A stretch of 34,932 nucleotides of DNA from contig NW_014040537.1 of NCBI RefSeq assembly GCF_001186125.1, forward strand, positions 78,687 to 113,618, read 5' to 3'. Position numbers and translations under genes: made by a program. The stretch comes from Sphaeroforma arctica JP610. Lineage: Eukaryota. Within the stretch, counting starts at the first letter, position 1. Each line of letters starts with the position of its first letter. Of the stretch, positions 1 to 12,275 are shown piece after piece. The notes under the pieces are model-generated. The model ran no database searches, was not told where the DNA came from, and was given only the letters and a program-made list of their open reading frames with translations.

Positions 1-168
<168 letters not shown>

Positions 169-501
169 TTCAAAATTTATAGTCGATAAACAGGTACTGC
201 CGATCTCGGGCTATGTGTGCAAGGGCTTAGGAGATGCGCACATTCCCGCGTGCTTTCATCCATATAGGCACATGGTGGGATCTTGTTTCGTGTGGGTGCG
301 ATCAAAAGTGTTCAGAGACAACAACCAGGAAAGCTTGGCCTACGAATAGGTGCATGCCTCTTACACAGACCTGTGTGATGGGACACTTATTCGGACATCC
401 CTATACAATGACACAGCAGTAAGTCTCCATTATCAATAACCTATAGCAAACCTGATACCCTGTTGTCAACCTAGTTTATACTCTCTCACACACACATACA
501 G

Positions 502-627
502 GCGCAACAATCAGCGTTCATGGACAACAACCAGGAACTGGTGACTGAAGAGGCGGAGAGTGGTGCTGTGGATGCCTCATCCGGCCAACGATCAGCCATG
601 CCCCCCCAGACATGCATACTCTGCCAG
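502..627 (+). CDS. UBR1: UBR exon ending in the first RING CxxC (AQQSAFMDNN...TCILCQ)
   Basis: atacag acceptor, CAG/gtatgt donor, phase 0-0. Confidence 0.88.
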
Positions 628-1083
628 GTATGTGCATGGTTTATATGTTCAGGTGGCACCCACCAGACATGCATACTCTGCCAGGTATATGCATGGTTTA
701 TATGTTCAGGTGGCACCCACCAGAAATGCATACTCTGCCATGTATGTGCATGGTTTATATGTTCAGGTGGCACCCACCAGACATGCATACTCTGCCAGGT
801 ATGTGCATGCTTTGTATGTTCAGTTGGCCTACACAAGCACACTCTCACACTCCATAGGATTCACCTGTGTGTGGTGTGAAGCGGTGCGGTTGCTTAGGCC
901 TTGATAAAAACGCAACGATGGCGGATCGTGTATTTGGTGACGTACAGATGCGAATAGAATCGCGTGTATCTGCGATTATGCACTTGCCAGAAACCCTTAA
1001 AATGCAGATGAAGAACTGTACACACATTCATAAAAGTAAAAGTAATATCGTATACACAAACGCACACACACACCTATATATAG

Positions 1084-1155
<72 letters not shown>

Positions 1156-2349
1156 TTATATATATTGTATTATTGTATTATTGTACTATTATATTGTTAT
1201 AGTATTATATTCAAATATATATTTGCATACCTACATACACGCGTCTGTAGGAGACCTCTGGTGCAATCACGATTGGAGAAGAAAAGCAGGACGAGAAAGA
1301 GTACAAAGGGGCCATGGGTCTGTGCGGCAATATCCGATTGTCGGGATTCATTAACAATCGCCTGGTTGCGGTCAATAGCAAGGGTGAGTGGGATAGAATG
1401 CGATGTTTGGTACATCTCTAAGCGTCGTAAACTCCGATTGAATTGAGTTGTGGGAAGTCCTGTAGTATCGGTACTGGTGCGGGTCATGTAGACATTTAAA
1501 ATATACATACTTTGAGTGTGCTTTATCTTCTTTTAGTCGCATATTGTGGTGCGGGTCGTATAGACATTTAACATATAGTACATACTTTGAGTGTTGTTTA
1601 CCCCCTTTTTGTCGCATATTGTGATGCCGTTTGTGTAGTGTGTACTTTCTGGTCATCGGCTTGCAAGTACAACTGTCTTGCTTATGTTGTGGGTCATGTG
1701 GAAGTGGCGGATATGCATCTATTTGATACGTTGAATGATGTCGTAAATCGCAGCGGAAAGAGGCAGAGAAACATCCTTTTGATACACCTCAAGGATTCAG
1801 TACATCGGCCAATGTCGTATATTGTGCTGTATCCGCCGTTTCTGGATTTTCTTTTGCCTTGATTACAGTCTACAGGACTGGTAATTGGGAAAAAACGGAA
1901 TGTAGTACATGTTTTGAGTTTGCAACGGTCGTAAATCCGCATGTCGGTTCGTCCCAGGATAGCTCGGTGGCGCCTGATCATTGGAACAAAGTAATAAACC
2001 GCCGGACGTAGTCAGTAAAGAAATTGAGCGGAGTATATTATAGGCGTACAAAGTAGCAACCACTTTAGCAAGGGGTGGTTAAGCCTCTTCATAACCACTT
2101 TAGCAAGGGGTGGTTAAGCCTCTTCATTGCCACTTTAGCAAGGGGTGGTTTACCCTCTTCATACGGTCAACATATGAATCGCTCAGTACCCGGACGAGCC
2201 CAACATACGCTACAGTGATATGCTCTTCGATTTCTTCCGGTTGAACGGTTAAATCCCCCCCCCTCCTCTCTCTCTCTCTCTCGTCTCCCGCCTTCGATTT
2301 GTAATACTGACACACACACACAGCATACACATAGTCATTGTGCACACAC

Positions 2350-2383
<34 letters not shown>

Positions 2384-2465
2384 GCACACACACATATATA
2401 TGCACACACATACACACACATATATATATATATGCACACACGTACACACACACACATACATACAT

Positions 2466-2512
<47 letters not shown>

Positions 2513-5500
2513 CAAAAAAAAACACGCTTTCCGTTGACGTCCCTCTTTGCATCTCACCACACAGACACCAACACAATGAAAGGCTACATCGAGCGACAAC
2601 GCGCCAGTGACGATCCTGCTCTAGCCCAATGGAAGACGGCCATGAAAGCCCAAGAAGAGCTGTTCTCACCCAACGACCAGGGCGGTGAGGCAACCAATGC
2701 GGGTATGTGTGTGAAAATATCTATTAATAGATGCGTCTATATATAGGTAGAGGTAGATGTTGTCACACCCAACGACCAGGCCAGGGAAACCACCAACTCG
2801 CGTATGTAGGTATAGGAATCTGCGAATAGATGTTTAGGTACATCCGACTCTATAATTATGTATATTACTACGTGTAAATATATCATGCTATAGCGATTAT
2901 TCACTCACACACGAGCTATTCCACTGACACTACATATATTCCGTGCATCCTGCGTGGCAGTGGGGTGATCTACGCTTGTTGACATCCAACTATATAGAGG
3001 CATAGATACATACATACATACATACATACAAACATTCATTCATACATACATACATACATACATACATACATACATACATACATACATACATACATACTAT
3101 ATATATATATATGTGTGTGTGTATGCCTGTATCTGTATGTGTGTGTGTGTACCTGTATGTGTATGTGTACATATATATATACATACATACATTCATACAT
3201 ACATACATACATATATACATTCATTCATTCATTCATACATACATACATACATACATACATACATACATACATACATACATACATACATACATACATACAT
3301 ACTCTATATATATATATATGTGTGTGTGTGTGCCTGTATCTGTATGTGTGTGTGTGTACCTGTATGTGTATGTGTATGTGTATGTGTACATATACAATAC
3401 ACAAACATAAAAAATCACGCGGAGGTATACATACATGTACCGCACACGTCCATACCTCGACAACCACACACAATACAACAACCTCACACCATTCACATAC
3501 CCCCCCTACACAGACTCCATATTGCTGAGTGGTGGTGGTGTGATCACTTCCTGTGGACACGCCATGCACCATGACTGTCACGGCCGCTACTTAGCGTCTC
3601 TCACCAACTCGAGGTCTCTCTATGAGGCGCGCGTGTCTCCGCATTTAGCCGACGCGAGCAAGGGCGAGTTTTTGTGCCCGTTGTGCAAGAAAGCGAACAA
3701 CACCCTCCTGCCGTATGTGTGGCAGCCGTATGTGCATGGTATGTGATACTTCACACGTGTGTGTGTGTGTGTATCTGAGTCTGTGTCTAAGTCTGAGTCT
3801 GTCTCTGTCTCTATCTCTGTGTGTGTGGTGTGGTGTGTGTGTGTGTGTGTGCGTGGTGTGGTGTGGTGTGTGTGTGTGTGCGTGCGTGAGTGAGTGGGTA
3901 TATGTATGTAAGTATATAAATCAACCATCCTGCTAAGTGTCTGGTTTAGGGTTTTAGTGTCTGGTTCCCCTTCATAGTTTTTTAAGGCTGTATAAGAACC
4001 CCATGCCATGTGTTGCAATGGCCATGAATGCACCATTCTCAACCATGTGCTCGTGGATGTATATGAGGGTGTGAAAACGAGCTTGTGGGTCTCTGCTTAT
4101 GTCTATATGTGCGTGTCTGTGTACTTCCGCCAGTAAAAGTTAGGGGCATGCTGTTCATCTCCAAGTGATGTTATTTCGAGTACCTCTCCGTATCCTTCAT
4201 GAATAATTCTATGTAGGGGTTCTTTATTTTCTATTTAGGGGTCTTTATTGTCTATGTAGGGGTCTTTATTTCTATGTAGGGGTCTTTACTTCTATGTAGG
4301 GGTCTTTATCTCCTATGTAATCTTTAAGGCTTGGTGGTTATGCGCTTTATGGTATTGTCGTTGTTGATATACTTCGTGAATGCGTGTTCATCTTGCGTGC
4401 GCTCGGTTACGGAATGTCAGGACCGTCTGCTGCCCTGGATTTTAGGGTTTTAAGGGTTTCCAAACCCTTGTGCACTCACTGCATGCACATGCGAACAGAT
4501 TGACAGCTCTGCTATGTAGATGCCTGCGTCAAGGTGTTGTTCTATTTGCATATAACATATTCCATCTATTCTGTGAAAGCCCCCTCTGGGTCCGTAACCT
4601 GGCCTTCAGAATGAGACTATATCCATCTCATACCTACCTCGATGGTTGACCTCAGAATGAGACTATACTCATCTCATACCTACCTCCATGGTTGACCTCG
4701 GAATGAGACTATACTCATCTCATACCTACCTCCATGGTTGACCTCAGCATGAGACTATACTCATCTCATACCTACCTCCACAGTTGACCTCAGAATGAGA
4801 CTATACTCATCTCATACCTACCTCCATGGTTGACGTTGTACGTATAATAATGGTCGTACAATCCGTTTCTTGTCCAAAAAAAACAGACAACGCAGACTCG
4901 GCCGCCGACACCAAAGTGTCCGCGGATATGAAACACAACATCTACCTAGACAACGACGACGCCTTCATGGACGATGAATTCATCAAGCTCATCCGGTCCC
5001 TCCAGGACCCTCTGAAACGAAACGATCTCCTGGAAACCGATTTTGCCGCAGATAAAACCGTTGCTATGGCAACGAGTGGCTCGGCAGCGGCTGGAGGGAC
5101 TACGGCCGTCACGGACGCGTCGCCCCTCTCCAGGAATATATCGAGTGCTGCCGGCATCTTCGGCGGCCTAGGTACATTACATAGGCGGTGCTTGAATGTT
5201 ACAACTTAACCTTTTTTTTTTTTGCCTTTTTCATTCGGATTTTGGGATTCTGAATTGGAAATGGATTTTGTGTTAGTGGGCTATAATACTCCATCACGCT
5301 TATGCAAAGTTGCAAGCGTTCAATGATGTATAGGTATATGTATATTGTAATCACTATGACTTTCAGATACATACACATTCATTTTATCTCGTATATAACA
5401 TTCCTCGCCCAAACATCCCTATTTATAATATTATATATCTATTTATCTATGTATCTATATATCTATGTATCTATGTATCTATGTATCTATTTTTGTATTT

Positions 5501-8500
5501 TATATGTATCTATGTATATATATACATAGATACATGGATAAATGGATACATAGATACATAGATAGATGTATACGTATATCCATATTTACATACTTACACA
5601 TATACATATACATATATATATATATAAGCATGTATAATCGCTTGAAAGCACAGACTACACACGTACGGATCCATCTATTACCCGCCCACCCAGGCGTTTC
5701 TTGGCTTTTCCAATGCGCACGATCTCTCATCTGCTGACTATTAAATACTCGCCCACGCATATATCTCCCTTTCCACACTTATAGCAATCTCTAAACCCTA
5801 CAACCGCAATCACAGGAATCTGGGGTATGAACGCACCAGAGCGAGACAACCGGTTTGTGGTGCGAAGGGAAGACCCAGCCACCGCAACCACAGCCGCTCA
5901 GCGGAACACGAGCTCTAGAGTAACACGTGTGGGTAAGTGCATGCGAATTGGGTATAAACGTGAAGCGGAAATGCATAAACGTATGAATGTATGTGTATAC
6001 GTATATATAAATGTATACATGTACATACACACATAGATAGATGTGCTTATATACACATACAAACGACATATACAAACACATTGAGATACATGAACTTATA
6101 TACACATAAAACCGACAGCGCATATACCTATACATAGACATAGACAATCACATACACATACCCATACCACCCCACTCACATCATATACCTATACATATAC
6201 ATACACACGCACATACCCATACCGCCCCACTCACATCGCATTTGCATCATCTTAGCAGCGACAGTCCGAGAACCCAACGCGTCTGAAAGGGAAGAGCACA
6301 ACACCAGTTGGAAAGCCTTCGTCAACATGTGGCTGCCCAAGCCCAACATGTTCTACTCGTTTGGGGTGGCTTGTGACGGCATCTCAAAGGTACACCCGTG
6401 ACGATATAAGCATAACCATCGCGTGCAATACTTGCCTGCTGTTCGGTATATACTAGAGTGTGTTAGTTGCACGAGTATATACATATGTACATGTTGTTTG
6501 CCTGGGTATTGTTTCTCCTGTGTACGGTATGTGCATAAGTTTGTGTGGTATGTAGCGTCCGTGTGCTGTACGTGTGTGGTCGAAAGATTGAATGGGTCAG
6601 TCTGTGTGTCTTCAGGCTTGTTCTAGGCGCTGGTACGGGTGACACACCGCAGTGATGCCTTCCTCGCTCGCTTTCCCATTATATTGGGCTGTACATATAC
6701 ACAAGGGTACGTCTCAACACCCCAACTGCTCCTATTCATTACTCGTCTGTACAACTAATGCGTATCATATGATGCCGTCTACACTAACCACCCCCTGTGT
6801 CATGCAGTCTACACTAACCACCCCCTGTGTCACCGTCTCTCACACAAGGCCCGCGCACACTCACCCGGCACTCATCCTGGCCCATTCACTACCCCACACA
6901 CACGTACACGTACGCACAGCAGCGATATCCAATGCCATCTGTGCTTCAAACACATGCACATACATATGCACAGGCACATGCACATACGCATACGCATACA
7001 CGTACACGTACATATATACATATACACGTACACATACATATACACGTACGCATACATATACACATACACGTACACTTACACATACACATATACACTTACA
7101 CATACACATACATATACACGTACACATGCACATACACATACACATAATCTGTTGTCGCAAGTTCATCTTACACACACTCTAGCTTAAGTTGCATTCTCCT
7201 TTTATACACTTTCTTAACATTCTTATTCGGCCTGTTTCTCCCCATATGCACACACCCACACACACAAGTTTCTTCATCGCCTTAGGCTCACACACATATA
7301 GCTTCTATAAACATAACTCTCTCACACAGTGTCTCCAAATAAACACGTTCACGAACCCAGCTTCTCTACCAACCTAGCCCTCACCCTCTCTCTCTCTCAC
7401 TCACTCACTCACTCACTCAATCACTCACTCACTCAATCACTCACTCACTCAATTACTCACTCAATTACTCACTCACTCACTCACTCAACACAGAGCCTGA
7501 AGCGCGAGATCACCCAACGCTCCGTCAATCGCGTCGTGCGCACATTTGACTCCATGGTGGATGTGCTACAGTACACAATCCGTACCACTGTGGCATCGGC
7601 CGAGGCATTGAGTGCTGCTGAGGTAGGGCGTCCTGACTCTTGTCTGTATATCATATATATCTTGTGTGCGTGCGATGTATTTGTATGTGTATACGTATGT
7701 GTGTGTATGGGTCTTGCATGCGTGTGACATGTATGTGGATGTGGATATGGACGTGTGTGGGTGTGGGTGTCTGTGTGTGTATATGAATATCCATATCTGT
7801 CCATATATATATATATCTGTTTCTATTATGTATTTGCATATGTAATATATCTATACCTAAATCTATCTACCTGTATATTTTTAATTTTTCCATCTATCTA
7901 CCGATATGTCCATATGTCCATATATCTGTATATATATATATATATTATTGTTATTGTTATATATTATTATATTATTATTATTATATATATATATATATTA
8001 TTATTGTTATATATTATTATTGTTATATAGATATATATATATATAGTTAGTATTATATATATATTATTAATGTCATGAATATATATATATATTTATATAT
8101 ATAATATATATATTATTATATATTATTATATATTATTATATATATATACCTCGATTGCGGATGTTTTTGCTTGTCTCTCCCTGCATATCCACAACCTTAC
8201 ACACACACGTCTCATATGCCGATCCTCGCACCAAAACACACATACCTACACATCAAATCGCATGCCAGTTTCCCCCATACGTATTGACATACATTCACAA
8301 ACACACCCATTGATCATACACATCCATTGACCTCTTGCCTGTTCTACCAGGGCACCGTTAACGAGGACTTTTTGAGTTCTTCGCTCACCTCACGTCAGGA
8401 GACGTGTCTGCGGGGGTTGTGCCATGTGCTGAATCTGCTGAGGCACAAACTACCCGTCGACACACTCTTCAGAGATATAGCCGTGCTCAACATCGCCACG

Positions 8501-9987
8501 CTGGTTGCCATGGGAACGGAGCCTTCCCCCGGGCGTGTGCACGGACAGCAGATGCACGCACGGAGATTGCTGCATCTGGATCCCTTCAGTGTATTGACAC
8601 AGACCTTGTACACTCTAATACCCAATCAAATGAGTATGTGGTTGTGTGTGGGTAACTGATAGGAATGCGTGGATGTCTTAATAGATGGATGTTTTATTAG
8701 ATCTTGTACACCCTTCTATCCAACCAAATGAGTATTGTGGCTGTGTGTAGGTAACTGATAGGAATGCGGTGGATGTCTTAATAGATGGATGATGTTTTTT
8801 TAGATCTTGTACACCCTACAACCAACCAAATGAGTATGTGGCTGTGTGTAGGTAACTGATAGGAATGCGTGGATGTCTTAATAGACCTTGTACACCCTAC
8901 TACCCAATTGTGTGTAGGCAACTGGTAGGAATGCGTGGATGTCTTAATAGACCTTGCACACCCTACTACCCAACCAAATGAGTATGTGGCGGTGTGTAGG
9001 TAATTGATAGGAATGCTTGGATGTTGATCTGATACCAAATCGAGATAGCCTGTGTAGGGGGGGGGTCTACGATATAAGATTTGGGGATGTGTAAGGCTTG
9101 GTACATGCGGTAGCTTTCCTATATATGCCATTGGTTACTACCACTAGTAGTCTTGGATATGTATAGGTAGTTGCACTTACATCGCTGTTGTGTATGCTCA
9201 TGTTAACTGTTGTATCCTCGCCCCAAGCCCCTTGGGTGTTATTGGAGCATCCGGTGCACACACAGTATGTTCGCGTGCCGTGGTTAGTCACAGCAGGCTT
9301 TATCACTGTTGCTGTTGAGGGACGCTGTATAGGTGTTAGAGCTTACACCACACACATATACACACACACACACATACATACGCTCTCTCACACTCACATT
9401 CACCCAAGCAAGCCTGTACTTAAAGTTCTGTACGTAGCCAGTTGTGTGCACACCAGTGCGTCCGTACACAGCACACCCATTAACAAATAAATATCACAGC
9501 ACACCCATCCCCAACCCCACCTGCAGAGTCCAAGAAGTCGGCACAGCACCTACTAGAAGTTCTGTACCTAGCCACGTGCGTCCAGACTTGTGTGGCCATA
9601 CACTACACTTTCAACCATGGCGGTCGCGCAGCGCGCGCACTGGAGCGTGCTATGGAGACTGCTCACCTGGAGTGTGTAAGCGCAAGTGGATCTGATGGTA
9701 TGTGGCGGACATGACGTACATATTGTATTTCGTTGCGTGGACGTGTGTGTGTGTGTGTGTTTGTTGTGTGTATGTGTTTGTGTATGTGTATGTATATGCA
9801 TACGTATATGTATATGTATATTTCGATGTAAGTGTATATGTATATTTATATGTACATGTATATTTGTGTGTATGTGTATGTTGTTTGCATGTATGTATAT
9901 GTGTGTGTGGCTGTGTGTATGTGTATGTATGTACATATGTATGTACATGTGTATGTATGTATGTACGTATGTACATATGTATGTATG

Positions 9988-10021
<34 letters not shown>

Positions 10022-11848
10022 TGTTTGTATGTTTGTATGTATGTACATATGTATGTATGTATATATATATATTTATATATTTATGTATATATATGTGTGT
10101 ATGTGTATGTGTGTGTGTGTATGTATGTATGTATGTATATACGACACACGAGACACACACGTGAATAGGACTATCTGTGCCGCCTGTGTATATTCCGTCG
10201 TATGTAACGACGTAGACTTTCGTGGAACACGCACACACAATACATTGGTGCCCGTCGGGCACTTAGCCGACTGTGTTCTTTCTCTCGTGTGATTTATAAA
10301 TAGATGCTCCGTCCATTGGCTGTCTCCGACCCCGCCATGTCTGCCCATTCTCTCGTGTGATCTATAAATAGCCGCTAAATTCATTGGTTTATAATTTCGT
10401 CATCTCTGCTCGCTCTCGCGGGTTCTATCAATAGATACTACTACACCCCTCATCAGAGTCTAGCACCATCCAACACACTCTCTAACCGGGTTTTTGTGTG
10501 TTCTATTTATAGATGCTACATCCAGTGAATGCATAGAGGGGCTGTATCGTCTGGTAGACGAGAGCGTCCACCGCTGCTCGCCCCTGACCTCAACGAAGCC
10601 CTACACGCCATCGGCCGTTGTCATGGCAACCAACATGCAGCACTTAGCAGCATACGCACGCAAGGCGTCTCTGGGCTACCTGCAGTGCACAACCGTGCTG
10701 GTCCACGTGTTTATCGACCCCACACGGGCGAGTCCTCCTTTATTGTCCGCTAACACCAAAGGGCCGGCATTGGACGCCGACGTAGACATGGATGGGGATG
10801 CGATGAGCGCGTCCACAGCCGTGCTGGATGAGACCAGCACTGCGTGGGTGCGCGAGTGTGTGAGCATAGAGGCCTATCTGGGCATCCGCGGGTTACGCAG
10901 GCGTGTGCAACGCGAACTGGCCACCCACACATACGAAAGCACAGACAGCACACAGCGACACCACGAGAGCACCACCGGACTCGTGTACGCGCCCCTGGTC
11001 GACTGCTGGTGTGACTCTGTGTACAAGGACCGGCTGCTGTTGGCACCCAAAGCTCCCGACACAACCGTGGACGCTCAGTCCGTGCAAGGGCCAGGCGCTT
11101 CGCCAGAGATGGTGTACAGGTTCATAGACCAGTCTCCACCGGACAGGACCTATACAGCACTCGCCAGCGGTCTGGGGTGTGCGACACAAGGCAGCGGTAG
11201 CAGACCTGCACTCGCTCACACGATAGTCCCTCCCAGCACGGGCGAGGGTCGGGCTGCACCTGAGCCTGGTAGACTCACCGCAACACCCGCTCGCTCACAG
11301 CCCACCACAACATCCACACCCACACCCTCGTCCTCGGCCACAGCTACCAGCACAGACGAACGGACCGGGTTCTGGGACCCCAAGCGCGCGCTACTGCCGG
11401 TGCGGGTGAAGCAGCTGATCCCGTTGCCAGCCGACTTCAACGATCTTTTCCACGACGCGACCAATGTGAAGTGTGCCCAGTGCAACCAGACCCCTGTAGA
11501 CCCCGCCTTATGCCTCTCGTGTGGGGTCTATGTGTGCGCCAAGAGTGCGTGCTGCACCGTGGGTGGTGTGGGAGAGTGCAACGCACACGCCAGGAGATGT
11601 GGGGCGGGTGTGGGCGTGTTCTTTGTGCTGAAAAAGTGCATGGTGTTGCTCCTAGCGTCGGGCCGGGGCTGTCCGTATCCGTCGATGTACCTGGACTCGC
11701 ACGGAGAGAGGGATTTCGGGCTGCGGTGAGTGTGTTTAAATGTGGGGTGAATCGTCTACATGCCTGTGTATGAGTGTGTACTCCGCGTGTAGAGACGTAG
11801 AATTGTGAGTGTTGTATGCTTGTGAATTTATATATGTATATATAATAT

Positions 11849-11906
<58 letters not shown>

Positions 11907-11910
11907 ATAT

Positions 11911-11953
<43 letters not shown>

Positions 11954-12252
11954 TATATATATATGGGACTATATATTATATATGCGTTTCCGTTTGTGTT
12001 CATGCAGTGTTATATATTTAAAGTATGTTATGGTTGTATTTCAGTTCCAAATCTAGAGCATCCCATGTTTCATCGACGTCGGTACTAACACCTGTCCTAT
12101 CCCTGCCCAGGCGTGGACATCCCCTTCACCTCAACACGTTCTTATACGCCGCCCTAGAACGGCTGTGGCTGAGTTTGAGTATCAAAGACGAGATCATACG
12201 CCACAACGATGCCACTGCAGCATATCATCTGAGAAGCTGGCTCGACTATTAG
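502..12252 (+). CDS. UBR1: UBR1/UBR2-type N-recognin E3 ubiquitin ligase, 3' portion (12 exons, about 1031 aa; 5' part lies outside the window)
   Basis: Exons 502-627, 1251-1383, 2565-2702, 3514-3738, 4887-5171, 5816-5932, 6256-6389, 7494-7622, 8351-8633, 9527-9697, 10513-11725 and 12111-12252 all have AG/GT boundaries and compatible phases, and sum to 3096 nt. The protein has the split UBR RING-H2 (TCILCQE ... TSCGHAMHHDC ... GEFLCPLCK) and C-terminal UBR motifs (LIPLPADFNDLF, PALCLSCG, ECNAHARRCGAGVGVF, YLDSHGERDFGLRRGHPLHL). Assignment to UBR1/2 rather than UBR3 is from motif recall only. Confidence 0.93.
606..830 (+). repeat. 57-bp tandem repeat x4 spanning an exon end and splice donor
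   Basis: ccagacatgcatactctgccag-gtatgtgcatggtttatatgttcaggtggcaccca units starting at 606, 663, 720 and 777. Confidence 0.95.
1251..1383 (+). CDS. UBR1: UBR exon (ETSGAITIGEEK...AMGLCGNIRLSGF...)
   Basis: ctgtag acceptor, G/gtgagt donor, phase 0-1; completes CILCQE. Confidence 0.85.
2058..2162. repeat. 35-bp tandem repeat x3
   Basis: aaccactttagcaaggggtggttaagcctcttcat. Confidence 0.92.
2565..2702 (+). CDS. UBR1: UBR exon (DTNTMKGYIERQ...EATNA), within the RING insertion
   Basis: cacag acceptor, G/gtatgt donor, phase 1-1. Confidence 0.82.
3514..3738 (+). CDS. UBR1: UBR exon encoding the RING-H2 core (SCGHAMHHDC...EFLCPLCK)
   Basis: cacag acceptor, G/gtatgt donor, conserved RING ligands. 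Confidence 0.93.
4206..4319. repeat. 20-21-bp minisatellite, about 5 copies
   Basis: ttctatgtaggggtctttat. Confidence 0.9.
4606..4834. repeat. 46-bp minisatellite x5
   Basis: tcagaatgagactatactcatctcatacctacctccatggttgacc; head-to-tail with no spacers. Confidence 0.95.
4887..5171 (+). CDS. UBR1: UBR exon (DNADSAADTK...AAGIFGGL)
   Basis: aacag acceptor, G/gtacat donor, GC-rich open frame, phase 1-1. Confidence 0.83.
5816..5932 (+). CDS. UBR1: UBR exon (GIWGMNAPERDN...SRVTRV)
   Basis: cacag acceptor, G/gtaagt donor, phase 1-1. Confidence 0.78.
6256..6389 (+). CDS. UBR1: UBR exon (ATVREPNASE...GVACDGISK)
   Basis: cttag acceptor (TAGCAG tandem acceptor, alternative start 6259), AAG/gtacac donor, phase 1-0. 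Confidence 0.78.
7494..7622 (+). CDS. UBR1: UBR exon (SLKREITQRS...VLQYTIRTTVASAEALSAAE)
   Basis: cacag acceptor, GAG/gtaggg donor, phase 0-0. Confidence 0.83.
8351..8633 (+). CDS. UBR1: UBR exon (GTVNEDFL...LLHLDPFSVL...NQM)
   Basis: taccag acceptor, A/gtatgt donor; LLxxDPF motif typical of the UBR C-terminal region. Confidence 0.87.
8601..9025 (+). repeat. degenerate 65-105-bp tandem repeat x5 spanning an exon end and splice donor
   Basis: agaccttgtacac...caaatga-gtatgtgg...gtaactgataggaatgcgtggatgtcttaat. Confidence 0.92.
9527..9697 (+). CDS. UBR1: UBR exon (SKKSAQHLLEVLYLATCVQT...SGSD)
   Basis: ctgcag acceptor, G/gtatgt donor, phase 1-1; LYLAxxVQ motif. Confidence 0.85.
10513..11725 (+). 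CDS. UBR1: UBR large exon, C-terminal Cys-rich domain
   Basis: ttatag acceptor, CG/gtgagt donor; lies within the 411-aa ORF; LIPLP, CLSCG, CGAGVG and YLDxHGE motifs. Confidence 0.93.
12111..12252 (+). CDS. UBR1: UBR terminal exon (RGHPLHLNTFLYAALERLWL...WLDY stop)
   Basis: TACTAAC branch point at 12083-12089, cccag acceptor, TAG stop; completes LRRGxPL. Confidence 0.92.
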
Positions 12253-12269
12253 CTGATTCATAAAGGCGA

Positions 12270-12275
12270 AATAAA
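12270..12275 (+). promoter_or_regulatory. candidate polyadenylation signal of the UBR gene
   Basis: AATAAA 18 nt after the stop codon. Confidence 0.4.

Noticed and set aside
520..879. 119-aa Cys-rich repeat protein or metallothionein-like ORF
   Set aside because: It is UBR exon 502-627 reading through into the intronic 57-bp repeat.
2124..3581. Many His/Thr/Tyr/Ile- or Cys/Val/Met-rich ORFs (also at 6650-7190, 9570-10380, 24630-25120, 27400-27970 and 31740-32300)
   Set aside because: They are translations of CA/TA/CATA microsatellites, which lack stop codons in several frames.
4606..4834. 46-bp repeat with an internal ATGAGA/TCTCAT hairpin resembling a CRISPR array
   Set aside because: Units are head-to-tail with no unique spacers, there are no cas genes, and it lies in a spliceosomal intron.
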